Shown in pieces: positions 9,404 to 17,888 of a stretch of 32,000 bases of DNA. Under the pieces are notes generated by a model. The model ran no database searches. It had not been told where the DNA came from and was given only the letters and a program-made list of their open reading frames with translations. Position numbers and translations under genes: made by a program. The first letter of the stretch is position 1; every line of letters starts with the position of its first letter. The DNA is from Desulfocapsa sulfexigens DSM 10523 (GTDB lineage: Bacteria; Desulfobacterota; Desulfobulbia; Desulfobulbales; Desulfocapsaceae). The stretch lies in the NCBI RefSeq assembly GCF_000341395.1, contig NC_020304.1:3480001-3512000 (forward strand). The letters run 5' to 3'.

Positions 9404-9671
9404 AAATAAATACTCGCAGTAAAATCTTGAATAATTTACCAACTACTTCAGGGAAGATACTAGAAAACTCATTCTGCTTAATACTACCATCCGCATCAAT
9501 AGCTTACAAGCAATAGCCTGCCGTTGAGTTTATTATTTTGGAGCGGATTTCAGTCACGGAAAAGAGCAGACGATACTTTGTTCCTGCATTTATTCCATCC
9601 TGCTTGCAATATTATGTCAGTATAGGGTATTTACCTTCCTATACTGTTTTTCACATTAACCTTTCTGTACT

Positions 9672-11003
9672 ATGAAAACGACAACTAATAGTCCTCTCGC
9701 TGAACGCATGCGCCCCCAATCACTTACTGAGATAGTGGGCCAGGAAGACATTCTCGGAAAAGGAAAACTCCTGGAAAGCATGCTTGGATCTGGCACCCTG
9801 CCATCTCTTATTTTGTGGGGCCCTCCTGGAACCGGAAAAACTACCCTGGCCAGAATTCTGGCTCGTTCAACCAGTGCTCATTTTGTCTATTTCTCTGCCG
9901 TTCTTTCAGGCGTTAAGGAAGTTCGAAAAATCGTAGAACAGGCAGAAAAACAGAGAGAAATTGAAAATCGTGGAACAATTTTCTTTATTGATGAGATTCA
10001 TCGCTTTAATAAGGGGCAGCAGGACGCCTTTCTTCCCCATGTCGAAAACGGCCTATTCACTCTGATTGGCGCCACAACGGAAAACCCTTCCTTTCAAATC
10101 ATTGCTCCCCTCCTGTCCCGCTGCAAAGTACTGGTACTTTCGCCATTAAGCAAAGCGAACCTTGGGACTATCCTGCAAAGAGCTCTTGATAATCCAAAGC
10201 AGGGCCTCGGCAGGACTGATCTTTTCTTTGACAACAACAGCCTTGAACTCTTAACTACCCTTGCTGATGGCGACGCCAGAAAGGGGCTCAATACTCTGGA
10301 AATTGCCGCAACCATTGTTCTTCACCGGAAAAAAAATGATACTGCAGCCTCCAATGGTATCAGCCCTGATGATATTTTGGAAGCGGCACAGCAGACAGCC
10401 CTTCGCTACGACAGGGATGGCGACGAACATTTCAACCTTATTTCAGCCCTTCACAAAAGCCTTCGTGACTCTGACCCTGACGGCAGTCTCTACTGGCTCT
10501 ACCGAATGCTTGAATCTGGCGAAGATCCACTTTACATCTGCAGGCGCCTCATCCGGTTTGCTTCAGAGGACATTGGATTATCAGACCCACAGGCTCTTAT
10601 TCATACAATCTCCTGCAGAGATGCATATCACACGCTTGGACTTCCAGAAGGAAAACTTGCCATTGCTCAGGCTGTCGCCTACCTTGCTTCAGCTCCGAAG
10701 AGCAACAGTATTTACCGAGCGGAGTCCGATGTTTGCAAATGTATCCGTCAAACCGGCAGTCTTGGAGTACCCCTACATCTTCGCAATGCCCCCACTAGAC
10801 TAATGAAGGAACTCAACTATGGGAAAGAGTATAAATATGCTCATGATGCCGATAATGCACTTGTCGCTCAGGATCACCTTCCCGATGAAATAAAAGAAAA
10901 ACAATTCTACTTTCCAACCACTCGTGGATACGAGGCATTGATTAAGGATCGTCTGGAAAAATGGAAAATAATTCTAAAAAAGAGAAAACAAAATGCCGAA
11001 TAA
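9672..11003 (+). CDS. rarA: Replication-associated recombination protein A (AAA+ ATPase, MgsA/RarA)
   Basis: The translation shows [17 protein letters not shown], Walker [16 protein letters not shown], Walker [12 protein letters not shown], and the C-terminal MgsA region ([49 protein letters not shown]). Confidence 0.92.
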   Translation: MKTTTNSPLAERMRPQSLTEIVGQEDILGKGKLLESMLGSGTLPSLILWGPPGTGKTTLARILARSTSAHFVYFSAVLSGVKEVRKIVEQAEKQREIENRGTIFFIDEIHRFNKGQQDAFLPHVENGLFTLIGATTENPSFQIIAPLLSRCKVLVLSPLSKANLGTILQRALDNPKQGLGRTDLFFDNNSLELLTTLADGDARKGLNTLEIAATIVLHRKKNDTAASNGISPDDILEAAQQTALRYDRDGDEHFNLISALHKSLRDSDPDGSLYWLYRMLESGEDPLYICRRLIRFASEDIGLSDPQALIHTISCRDAYHTLGLPEGKLAIAQAVAYLASAPKSNSIYRAESDVCKCIRQTGSLGVPLHLRNAPTRLMKELNYGKEYKYAHDADNALVAQDHLPDEIKEKQFYFPTTRGYEALIKDRLEKWKIILKKRKQNAE

Positions 11004-12606
11004 TCGACTATTTTCAAACCACTTTCTTTTACTTGCATGCTCTCTCAGTTTTCTTTTCACCACTATATGTATCCAGCCGGTGACCGCCGCCCCTGGACCT
11101 CCATCCCTTCTATTTTATTCTGGTAATATACAGAGTGAGACAGAACCCTGCGGTTGACAATCAAACCAATTGGGCGGTCTGCCCAAAAAGATTTACCAGA
11201 TCAACTCCCTGAGTAGCAGTGATAGATCCAACAGACTGCTTCTGGATTCCGGCAATCTCCTTTTTAAAAAGAATTCAATAGATAGAAGGCAGAACCAGGA
11301 AATACTGACCGCCGAGACTATTCTCGACATCTATACAGATATTGGCTATGACGCCGTAGCCATAGGCCCCTTGGATCTTGCAGCAGGAATAGATTTTGTT
11401 CAAAAGAGTTACAGCCATGGCTTCCCATGGATTTCTTCAAATATTACAGGCCCTGACGGAAAGCCCTTATTTACCCAATGGATAACCAGAACTCTTGGCG
11501 ATATAAAGGTGGTCATTACCGCAGTCACGGCCCATCCTCAGAAAGAATATAAAAACATCAATATTCAGCCATGGCAGGAATCACTAACGAAAACTCTCGT
11601 TACAATAAAAGAAAAAAAGGAAAATGCTTTTATTATTCTCCTTTCCTCCCTGAACAATTCTGAAAACGAGCAAATAGCTAAACGTTTTCCAGATATTAAT
11701 CTCCTTATTGGAGCAGACCCACACAGGGGGAACATCTCACCACAGCTTATAGGAAATACCCTCCTTACCCAAACGGCAAAACAGGGAAAATATCAGGGCT
11801 TACTTGAAATCATATTTGGTAAACAGAGGATATGGGGACATGATACCACCAGGCAACTTGCCGACCTCCAGAACAAACTGGGATCGGTTAACTGGCAGTT
11901 ACGACGCCTTAAAAAACAATCTAAAAAGAATGGAAATGAAAACAAATACACAGATACTATCCTTCGCCTGGAAAAGGAGAAGGAAGAATTAAACAGAGAG
12001 ATAGACACTTCAAAAAAACTCCTGACCCAGGAGAAAAAAACAGGAGTGAAAAATGATCAATACAATTATCGCTTTATTGGTCTTAAAAAGAACATGCCAA
12101 ACGATCAGCCAACTGCAGAAAAACTCATTTTGCTTAACCGCGAAATCAGAGAATTAAACAAGAAAAACAAACAGCTTGAGAATACTTCGGGAAACCTGTC
12201 CACACTTACTCAAAACATGGTGGGACATTCCGTCTGCGAAACATGCCATGAAACTCAGGCTGAGTTCTGGAAAGCCACCAGACACGCCTCTGCTTACTCC
12301 ACATTGAATAAAAAGGATAAATCGCTCAATTTGGACTGTTTACCCTGTCATTTGACCATAAACCCCAGGAAATTGGATTCCCAGATCAGCCCTGATCCTG
12401 GTTATCTCTCCTATCCGTCAGCATTACGTTCGGTAGGTTGTGAGTCCTGTCACGGCCCTGGCAGGGAACACTCCATTGCTCCTGAAACCTTTACATTATC
12501 CAGAAATCCCGAAAAGGCCCTCTGTCTCGCCTGCCATACTCCAGAGCATGACGACACTTTCAACTATGCTCCAAAGCTAAGCAGTATAGCCTGTCCTTCC
12601 GAATAA
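10993..12606 (+). CDS. Candidate selenoprotein (U55 encoded by TGA 11155-11157): signal peptide, C-G-U motif, metallophosphoesterase/5'-nucleotidase-like domain, coiled coil and C-terminal tetraheme cytochrome c (c554-like)
   Basis: ATG 10993 is in frame with track ORF 11170..12606, and the only interruption is one TGA. The 5' piece encodes [32 protein letters not shown]|AP (signal peptide), then LLFYSGNIQSETEPCG-U-QSNQLGGL. A SECIS-like hairpin lies at 11170-11186. Four CxxCH motifs (CETCH, CLPCH, CESCH, CLACH) lie at 12235-12537. Confidence 0.7.
11170..11186 (+). promoter_or_regulatory. SECIS-like hairpin (stem TTGGGC/GCCCAA, loop GGTCT) starting 12 nt after TGA 11155-11157
   Basis: Read directly: ttgggc (11170-75), ggtct (11176-80), gcccaa (11181-86). 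The loop sequence and the 12-nt spacing are identical to the hairpin after the fdhA UGA in this window, and the GGUCU loop matches my recollection of the E. coli fdhF SECIS apex. Confidence 0.65.
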
Positions 12607-12680
12607 AAAGCACATCCTCTTCCATACCTTTTTCCTCTCTCCTTATCAAACTCGGGGAAACACGATTCACCATGACCCAC

Positions 12681-12717
12681 AAAAAAAAAGGTGTTTCGAG
12701 GAAATCCTCGAAACACC
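12681..12717 (-). terminator. Rho-independent terminator of ppaC (12-bp perfect stem, 4-nt loop, 9-U tract on the minus strand); may also stop the convergent cytochrome transcript
   Basis: The stem GGTGTTTCGAGG (12690-12701), loop AAAT and stem CCTCGAAACACC (12706-12717) are preceded on the plus strand by A9 (12681-12689), which is U9 after the hairpin on the minus strand. It lies 49 nt downstream of the ppaC stop. Confidence 0.8.
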
Positions 12718-12765
12718 CTTAACACTTCCAGCTATATAACTGTCAGTATACTTTCTACTCTATCA

Positions 12766-13695
12766 TCAACAACCGAATGCTTTCTGAAGATCAGGAATTA
12801 CCTGCTTTTTACGGCTCATCATTCCGTCAACCCACATGGAAGTTCCTTCCATTTTGGATCCAAAAGCTTTCTCAATAAGAGCTTCATCATCAGAGACAAC
12901 AACCAGCTGAGTTCCTTCTTTTACAACATCAGTGAGCATAAGAAGAACTGTGTGACGTCCGTCTGCTTTTACTGCCTGAGCAGCAGCAAGAAGATCATCA
13001 CGAATAGCAGCAACCTGATCAAGGGTGGCAAGTTCGAGCTGTCCAACACCTACTTTGTTACCTTTCATGTCAAAATCTTTGTAATCACGGAAAAGGAGAT
13101 CCTTTGCAGGAACACCATCAACGGAAGATTTCGCTTTCAGCATATCCATAAAGAGTGCTTCAGTATCTTCAACACCAGCAATAACCTTCAGTTCTGCAAC
13201 AGCAGCTTTGTCATCATCGGTGCAGGTGGGGGATTTGAAATTAACAGTGTCAGAAAGAATCGCTGAAAGCATTCCACCAGCAACATCCTTAGGTATAGCA
13301 ACACCGGCGTCTTTAAACATCTTATTCAGTACGGTTCCGGTACAGCCAACAGGTTCAACACGGACAAGAATAGGCTGGTTGGTGGTTACATCACCAACTT
13401 TATGGTGATCAACGATGGTAACAACCTCAGCTTCGGTTATTCCTGCAGGAGCCTGTCCGATATCACTGAAATCTACAAGAGCGATGGTCTTGCCGGCAAC
13501 ATCCATCATTTCTTCTGGAGCGGTAAGGCCAAATTTTTCGAGTACAACAGTTGACTCAGGATTCAGATTCGCGAGAGAAGACTGCATGCATGCCTTGGCA
13601 TCCTGTCCCTGTGCATTCAAAAGAGCAGCAAGACCGATTGCTGCGGTAACTGAATCGGTATCAGGGTTAGAGTGACCTGTTACAAAAATTGTCAT
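12766..13695 (-). CDS. ppaC: Manganese-dependent inorganic pyrophosphatase, family II (DHH/DHHA2)
   Basis: The translation shows MTIFVTGHSNPDTDSVTAAIG (DHH motifs I/II), IVDHHKVGD (DHH) and the DHHA2 region (KDFDMKGNKVGVGQLE). The length of 309 aa is typical. The start at 13695 follows GGAGG (tacggaggtaacacaATG). Confidence 0.92.
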   Translation of the reverse strand: MTIFVTGHSNPDTDSVTAAIGLAALLNAQGQDAKACMQSSLANLNPESTVVLEKFGLTAPEEMMDVAGKTIALVDFSDIGQAPAGITEAEVVTIVDHHKVGDVTTNQPILVRVEPVGCTGTVLNKMFKDAGVAIPKDVAGGMLSAILSDTVNFKSPTCTDDDKAAVAELKVIAGVEDTEALFMDMLKAKSSVDGVPAKDLLFRDYKDFDMKGNKVGVGQLELATLDQVAAIRDDLLAAAQAVKADGRHTVLLMLTDVVKEGTQLVVVSDDEALIEKAFGSKMEGTSMWVDGMMSRKKQVIPDLQKAFGC

Positions 13696-13911
13696 TGTGT
13701 TACCTCCGTACATTTTATTTTTTAAAACCACCCAATTTCGGGGGTTCTTTAGCTTCTATTAAATTGTTGGCAACAATAGTGCTTTAGCTGATTTGAGTCA
13801 AGTGGAAAACTAAATTCTCACTGAAAAATAATGGAACCTAAACAGGTTTCTTTGATGGTGACATTAAGAAGAAGCTGCGGTATATTAAGAATAAAAAAAC
13901 AACCCAACCTT

Positions 13912-13920
13912 TGCTATAAT
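13912..13920 (+). promoter_or_regulatory. Extended -10 promoter element TGcTATAAT, 9 nt upstream of ATG 13930 (possible leaderless or very short-leader transcript)
   Basis: The sequence ttgctataat tgatttccc ATG was read directly. There is no Shine-Dalgarno sequence between the element and the ATG, and no good -35 was seen. Confidence 0.3.
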
Positions 13921-13929
13921 TGATTTCCC

Positions 13930-14982
13930 ATGGCCCCTTCCGAAGAAAAAAAACAGGACACCCTCCCTCCGACCACTAAAAAATCGAATTTTGTCCCATT
14001 CCTTCTGGTCATTCTTCTGTTATTTACAATTGCGGGAATTAGCTTTTATTTCTACTCAGGCTCTCAGCCCCCCCAATCGACTGATCGTGTCGCTGATGCT
14101 TCCCTTGAAAGTGAAACACCAGAGATAACAGAACGTGAGATCGAAGAAGCGTTGCCAAAATCTGAGTCCACGCCTCCACTTACTATCGAAACTGAACCTT
14201 CCCTCGTCGCAGACAATGCAACACAATTATTAGATTCAGACCCGGAAAATGATCTTCCCATAAAGACAACTGCAGAAGAGAACGGTGAGACTCTGCCACT
14301 CTCTCCTGGCCTCAATCAGCTCCCATCAGCTACTAGTACCCCAGCCATTAAAAAAAATTCTATCTGTGATGAGCCAGCCAAACAGCTAGAGAACTTCTAT
14401 AGCCATCTTGATTCTCAATCCTATATGGCTAATTTCACATTAGCAACTTCAAGTGAAAAACACTTCACTGCCCTGATTCACGAACTCCTGGCCAACCCAC
14501 CTCAAGTAACCCGTGAATCAGATGATCTGTATACCATATTAAAGAATACGGCCCATTTTTTCCGAATTTCCGGCAAAGACAATATCCTTATGCTCAAAGG
14601 GATACTGGACAACGAAAAAAGTAGTGTGGAACAAATCCTTGGTAACTACTACCAACTAGTTACCACGCCAGAGTGCAGCACAACTCCATTCGCCTCGGAC
14701 ATTGACCATGATGCTCTCTATGAATATGCCTGTTTTTTCTTAAATACAATGGGCGGGCGACTCTATCTTTTCAGGCGTGATGCCCTGTCGAGAATGGTTG
14801 TGACCTACTATGCAGTCCTTCTGGTTGAACAGGCAAATCTTCAAAAAAACAATCGACATGGAATCGCATTGCGACCCGTCGTTGATATGCTTATTTCGGA
14901 AATGGAGGCAGGAGGTTCAGCCTTGAAACAATCTGACTCCTACCTGGATACCCTGTATCGTCTTAAGGAAAAATACCAGTAG
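13930..14982 (+). CDS. Single-pass membrane protein of unknown function (short basic N-terminus, one TM helix, acidic Pro/Ser/Thr-rich linker, ~200-aa C-terminal globular domain)
   Basis: The 350-aa ORF has a TM segment FVPFLLVILLLFTIAGISFYFY and a low-complexity region ESETPEITEREIEEALPKSESTPPLTIETEPS. I recognise no family. Confidence 0.5.
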   Translation: MAPSEEKKQDTLPPTTKKSNFVPFLLVILLLFTIAGISFYFYSGSQPPQSTDRVADASLESETPEITEREIEEALPKSESTPPLTIETEPSLVADNATQLLDSDPENDLPIKTTAEENGETLPLSPGLNQLPSATSTPAIKKNSICDEPAKQLENFYSHLDSQSYMANFTLATSSEKHFTALIHELLANPPQVTRESDDLYTILKNTAHFFRISGKDNILMLKGILDNEKSSVEQILGNYYQLVTTPECSTTPFASDIDHDALYEYACFFLNTMGGRLYLFRRDALSRMVVTYYAVLLVEQANLQKNNRHGIALRPVVDMLISEMEAGGSALKQSDSYLDTLYRLKEKYQ

Positions 14983-15087
14983 ACAGTATTTTTGTCATTG
15001 GCCTATTTGATTTTCGAAACGGCAAAAGGTATACTGTCAGGATAAAGATCACTAAATTTCTTGTTACGTTGCCAAGGATATCAGTTC

Positions 15088-15888
15088 ATGATGCAAACTG
15101 TCTCTCACTCATACAGTGCGCAGGTTTACAGCCAGGTTCAAAACACCTCAGCTCCCCTTCAACGGAAGGTTAGTACCACAGGGCAAGTCGAAACGCCTCA
15201 TCCTTTTGCGTCACAGCAACAATCCACCGATGACTCCATTTCCTTGTCTCCAGAAGGAAAAGAACTCTCACAGAGAGAAGCCAATTCATTATCCGTCCCT
15301 CAAAAAGAAAAATCACTTATTAACGCACAAAGCAGTACAGAGAACGATACGCAGCAAGCCCTTTCTCAGGAAGATTTACGGCTCATAACAGATCTCCAGA
15401 AACGTGATGCCGAAGTACGTTCCCACGAACAGGCACATCTCTCAGCAGCTGGTCAATACGCCGCCGGAGGAGCATCCTTCTCCTATACTACAGGACCGAA
15501 TGGAAAAAAATATGCCACTGGTGGCGAAGTTCCCATCGATATAGCGAAGGAAAAGACGCCGGAAGCGACAATTCAGAAAATGCGGACTGTTCGACGCGCA
15601 GCCCTGGCCCCGGCAAATCCTTCCGCAACTGATCGCAGTATTGCTGCTCAGGCCAGCTCCAAAGAAGCCCAGGCCATGAAAGAACTTCTGGAGCAGGCTC
15701 AGATATCCCCCCCAACACCTTCGCCTCTTGGCGACACAGCAATTGCAGAAAATACAACCAACCGGGATACTGCTGGAGTTGAAGAAAACCCCACTGAGGC
15801 TCCGGGGAATATGCCGCAGGTATCGGACATTAGCCGGCGCAGATCCATGACCTCGGCTTACCAGGCAATCGCCGCCCTTGCAACCTGA
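15088..15888 (+). CDS. SprA-related family putative metalloprotease (HExxH)
   Basis: The segment RDAEVRSHEQAHLSAAGQYAAGGASFSYTTGPNGKKYATGGEVPIDIAKEKTPEATIQKMRTVRRAALAPANPSATDRSIAA matches my recollection of the SprA-related family (PF12118) core. The HEQAH motif is present. The start was taken at ATG 15088 (aagga 9 nt upstream) rather than the track TTG at 15061. Confidence 0.62.
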   Translation: MMQTVSHSYSAQVYSQVQNTSAPLQRKVSTTGQVETPHPFASQQQSTDDSISLSPEGKELSQREANSLSVPQKEKSLINAQSSTENDTQQALSQEDLRLITDLQKRDAEVRSHEQAHLSAAGQYAAGGASFSYTTGPNGKKYATGGEVPIDIAKEKTPEATIQKMRTVRRAALAPANPSATDRSIAAQASSKEAQAMKELLEQAQISPPTPSPLGDTAIAENTTNRDTAGVEENPTEAPGNMPQVSDISRRRSMTSAYQAIAALAT

Positions 15889-15917
15889 CAAATCCCTCTA
15901 CCTTTGACATAAAAGAA

Positions 15918-17222
15918 ATGAATCTGACAGCCTTTAACAAGGATTTTTTTGATTTTTTACAACAGTGCCCAACGCCCTTCCATACTACGAAATATATGAG
16001 TAGCCAATTCCTTCAGGCTGGCTTTACCGCTCTTCATGAAAATGACGAGTGGAAAATTAAAGACGGGCAGGGATACTACTGTATCCGTGATGATGGATCA
16101 ATTATAGCCTTTAAAATTGCTGCCAGCGGCAAAGAGAACACACCATGGCGAATGACAGGTGCTCACACTGACAGTCCGTCATTGCAGCTCAAACCAACCC
16201 CAGTTCGCAAATCCCATTCACTCAACCAGCTTTGTGTTGAAGTGTATGGCGGGCCCCTTCTCACCACCTGGTTTGATCGTGATCTTGGAATAGCCGGACG
16301 TGTCTCCCTGCTTGCCAACAACGCCCTGCTAAATCGTACTATTGATTTTAAAAAAGCAATGGCGATCATTCCAAGCCTTGCCATCCACCTCGACAGAACA
16401 GCGAACAAGGAACATACGGTTGAAAAACAAAAGCAACTCTATGCCCTCCTGTTCCAATCCACCGAAAAAGATCCCCCTTTCATGGACCTCCTTCTTCAGC
16501 AGATCAGCCATGAGTATCCTGAACTCACATTTGATGCACTCCTTGGCTATGACCTTTTCTGTTATGATACCCAAGGTCCTGCGTTACTTGGCCTTAACGA
16601 TGATTTCATAGTATCCGGCCGCCTGGACAATCTGCTCAGTTGTTTTGTAAGTATGCAGGGACTGCTCCAGAAAAACACTACAGGTAACTGCCTTCTACTT
16701 TGCAGCAATCATGAAGAAATCGGATCATCTTCCCTTGCAGGAGCACACGGCACATTTCTCCCTTCGGTACTCAAGCGATTACTGCCAGACCCAGCACGCT
16801 TCAACAGACTTATGAACAGTTCACACTTTATATCACTGGATAACGCCCATGCTACCCATCCAAACTTCAGTGAAAAACATGACCCACAGCATCTTCCACT
16901 TCTGAACAATGGGCCTGTCATCAAATACAACAGTAATCAACGCTATGCCACCACCGGAAGGTCTGCTGCTATGTATAAGACTCTGTGCCATGAAGTAAAT
17001 GTACCCATTCAGACATTCGTAATGAACAACGACCTGACCTGCGGATCAACAATTGGACCCATTGCAGCCACAAGTCTTGGCATTCAGACAGTTGATATTG
17101 GAGCACCAAGTCTTGCCATGCACTCCATTCGTGAAACCACAGGGGCAAAAGACCCTTACATGCTTTACCAGACCATTGCCCATTTCTTTACCCGCCCAAT
17201 TCTGCCCATGACCGAGGCATAG
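15918..17222 (+). CDS. apeB: M18 family aminopeptidase (aspartyl aminopeptidase-like)
   Basis: The translation shows FLQQCPTPFHTTKY, GAHTDSPSLQLKP, GRLDNLLSCF, EEIGSSSLAGA, AMHSIRET. The 434-aa length is typical. Confidence 0.85.
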   Translation: MNLTAFNKDFFDFLQQCPTPFHTTKYMSSQFLQAGFTALHENDEWKIKDGQGYYCIRDDGSIIAFKIAASGKENTPWRMTGAHTDSPSLQLKPTPVRKSHSLNQLCVEVYGGPLLTTWFDRDLGIAGRVSLLANNALLNRTIDFKKAMAIIPSLAIHLDRTANKEHTVEKQKQLYALLFQSTEKDPPFMDLLLQQISHEYPELTFDALLGYDLFCYDTQGPALLGLNDDFIVSGRLDNLLSCFVSMQGLLQKNTTGNCLLLCSNHEEIGSSSLAGAHGTFLPSVLKRLLPDPARFNRLMNSSHFISLDNAHATHPNFSEKHDPQHLPLLNNGPVIKYNSNQRYATTGRSAAMYKTLCHEVNVPIQTFVMNNDLTCGSTIGPIAATSLGIQTVDIGAPSLAMHSIRETTGAKDPYMLYQTIAHFFTRPILPMTEA

Positions 17223-17225
17223 CGA

Positions 17226-17888
17226 GTGAGAGCTATCCTTTTTACAGGAATACTCGTGCTCCTTTCCTGTTTTGCTGCTATAGAAATATCCTGGGCGTCA
17301 CAGCTGCACAGCAGTCTCCATAAGTATAAAAATTCACAGGTCAGCCATCTGACCCTGAAGCGACTTTCTCCCTATAATGGCTTTATCAACTACTATTCTC
17401 AATTTGCATTTTTCAGAAGAAACCATAAGGTCAGTCCGGATTTTATCCGTGCACTTATCATTGCCGAATCAAGCGTTGATCCTGTTGCAGTTTCTCCTAA
17501 GGGAGCAATGGGCCTTGGTCAGATTATGTTTCCCACCGGGAAAGAGGCTGCAAGGGAATTGGCGGATTCAGGCTATACATTCCGACATATAAAACCTCAG
17601 AAACTTGCCAACCTTCAGAAAGAAGACCTTTTTGATCCTGCAATTAATATTCTTCTAACCTGCTATCTGATTTCAAAATACAACTACAAGTTTAACGGTA
17701 AACTGGAGCTGGTATTGTCTGCATGGAATGCAGGTGAATATCATCGGGAGTTACAAAGAGGGCGTACCGTCCCCTACCAGGAAACCCACAATCTTATAGG
17801 TAAAATTAATGCCTACTACATTGACCTTTTGCAGAAAAGAAAACGTATATCTGTTTCTTCAAGACAGTATGTCAAGCAACCAGATTAA
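17226..17888 (+). CDS. Lytic transglycosylase (SLT domain) with signal peptide
   Basis: A GTG start gives the signal peptide MRAILFTGILVLLSCFAAIEISWA. The SLT catalytic region is IRALIIAESSVDPVAVSPKGAMGLGQIM ... AWNAGE. Confidence 0.8.
   Translation: MRAILFTGILVLLSCFAAIEISWASQLHSSLHKYKNSQVSHLTLKRLSPYNGFINYYSQFAFFRRNHKVSPDFIRALIIAESSVDPVAVSPKGAMGLGQIMFPTGKEAARELADSGYTFRHIKPQKLANLQKEDLFDPAINILLTCYLISKYNYKFNGKLELVLSAWNAGEYHRELQRGRTVPYQETHNLIGKINAYYIDLLQKRKRISVSSRQYVKQPD

Noticed and set aside
10261-10803. 180-aa plus-strand ORF in an alternative frame
   Set aside because: It lies inside rarA in another frame, and rarA is unambiguous.
11170-12606. TTG 11170 as the true start of the cytochrome gene, as shown in the ORF track
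   Set aside because: That product would lack a signal peptide despite having four c-type heme motifs. TTG 11170 is itself the first base of the SECIS-like stem. The upstream in-frame ATG, signal peptide and TGA explain the locus better.
12766-12768. TGA stop codons of ppaC, the calcium-repeat gene (17872), gabD (5941), the cyclase (7841), hdrA (20319), fdhA (23485), acsD (31393) and dus (1120) as further Sec codons
   Set aside because: The proteins end at family-typical lengths. Downstream in-frame sequence hits another stop within 1-27 codons (for example TGA TAG after ppaC) with no family continuation, and I saw no SECIS-like hairpin.
12691-13266. 191-aa plus-strand ORF
   Set aside because: It is antisense to ppaC, starts inside the terminator hairpin, and has no family resemblance.
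15053-15078. Second sigma-28-like motif, TAAA-N14-GCCAAGGA, upstream of the SprA-related gene
   Set aside because: Only 5/8 positions match in the -10 element and the spacing is off by one. The -10 would overlap the probable Shine-Dalgarno sequence (AAGGA) of ATG 15088.
15442-15891. 149-aa minus-strand ORF
   Set aside because: It is antisense to the SprA-related gene, which carries the conserved family core. The antisense product is Cys/Gly/Ser-rich noise.
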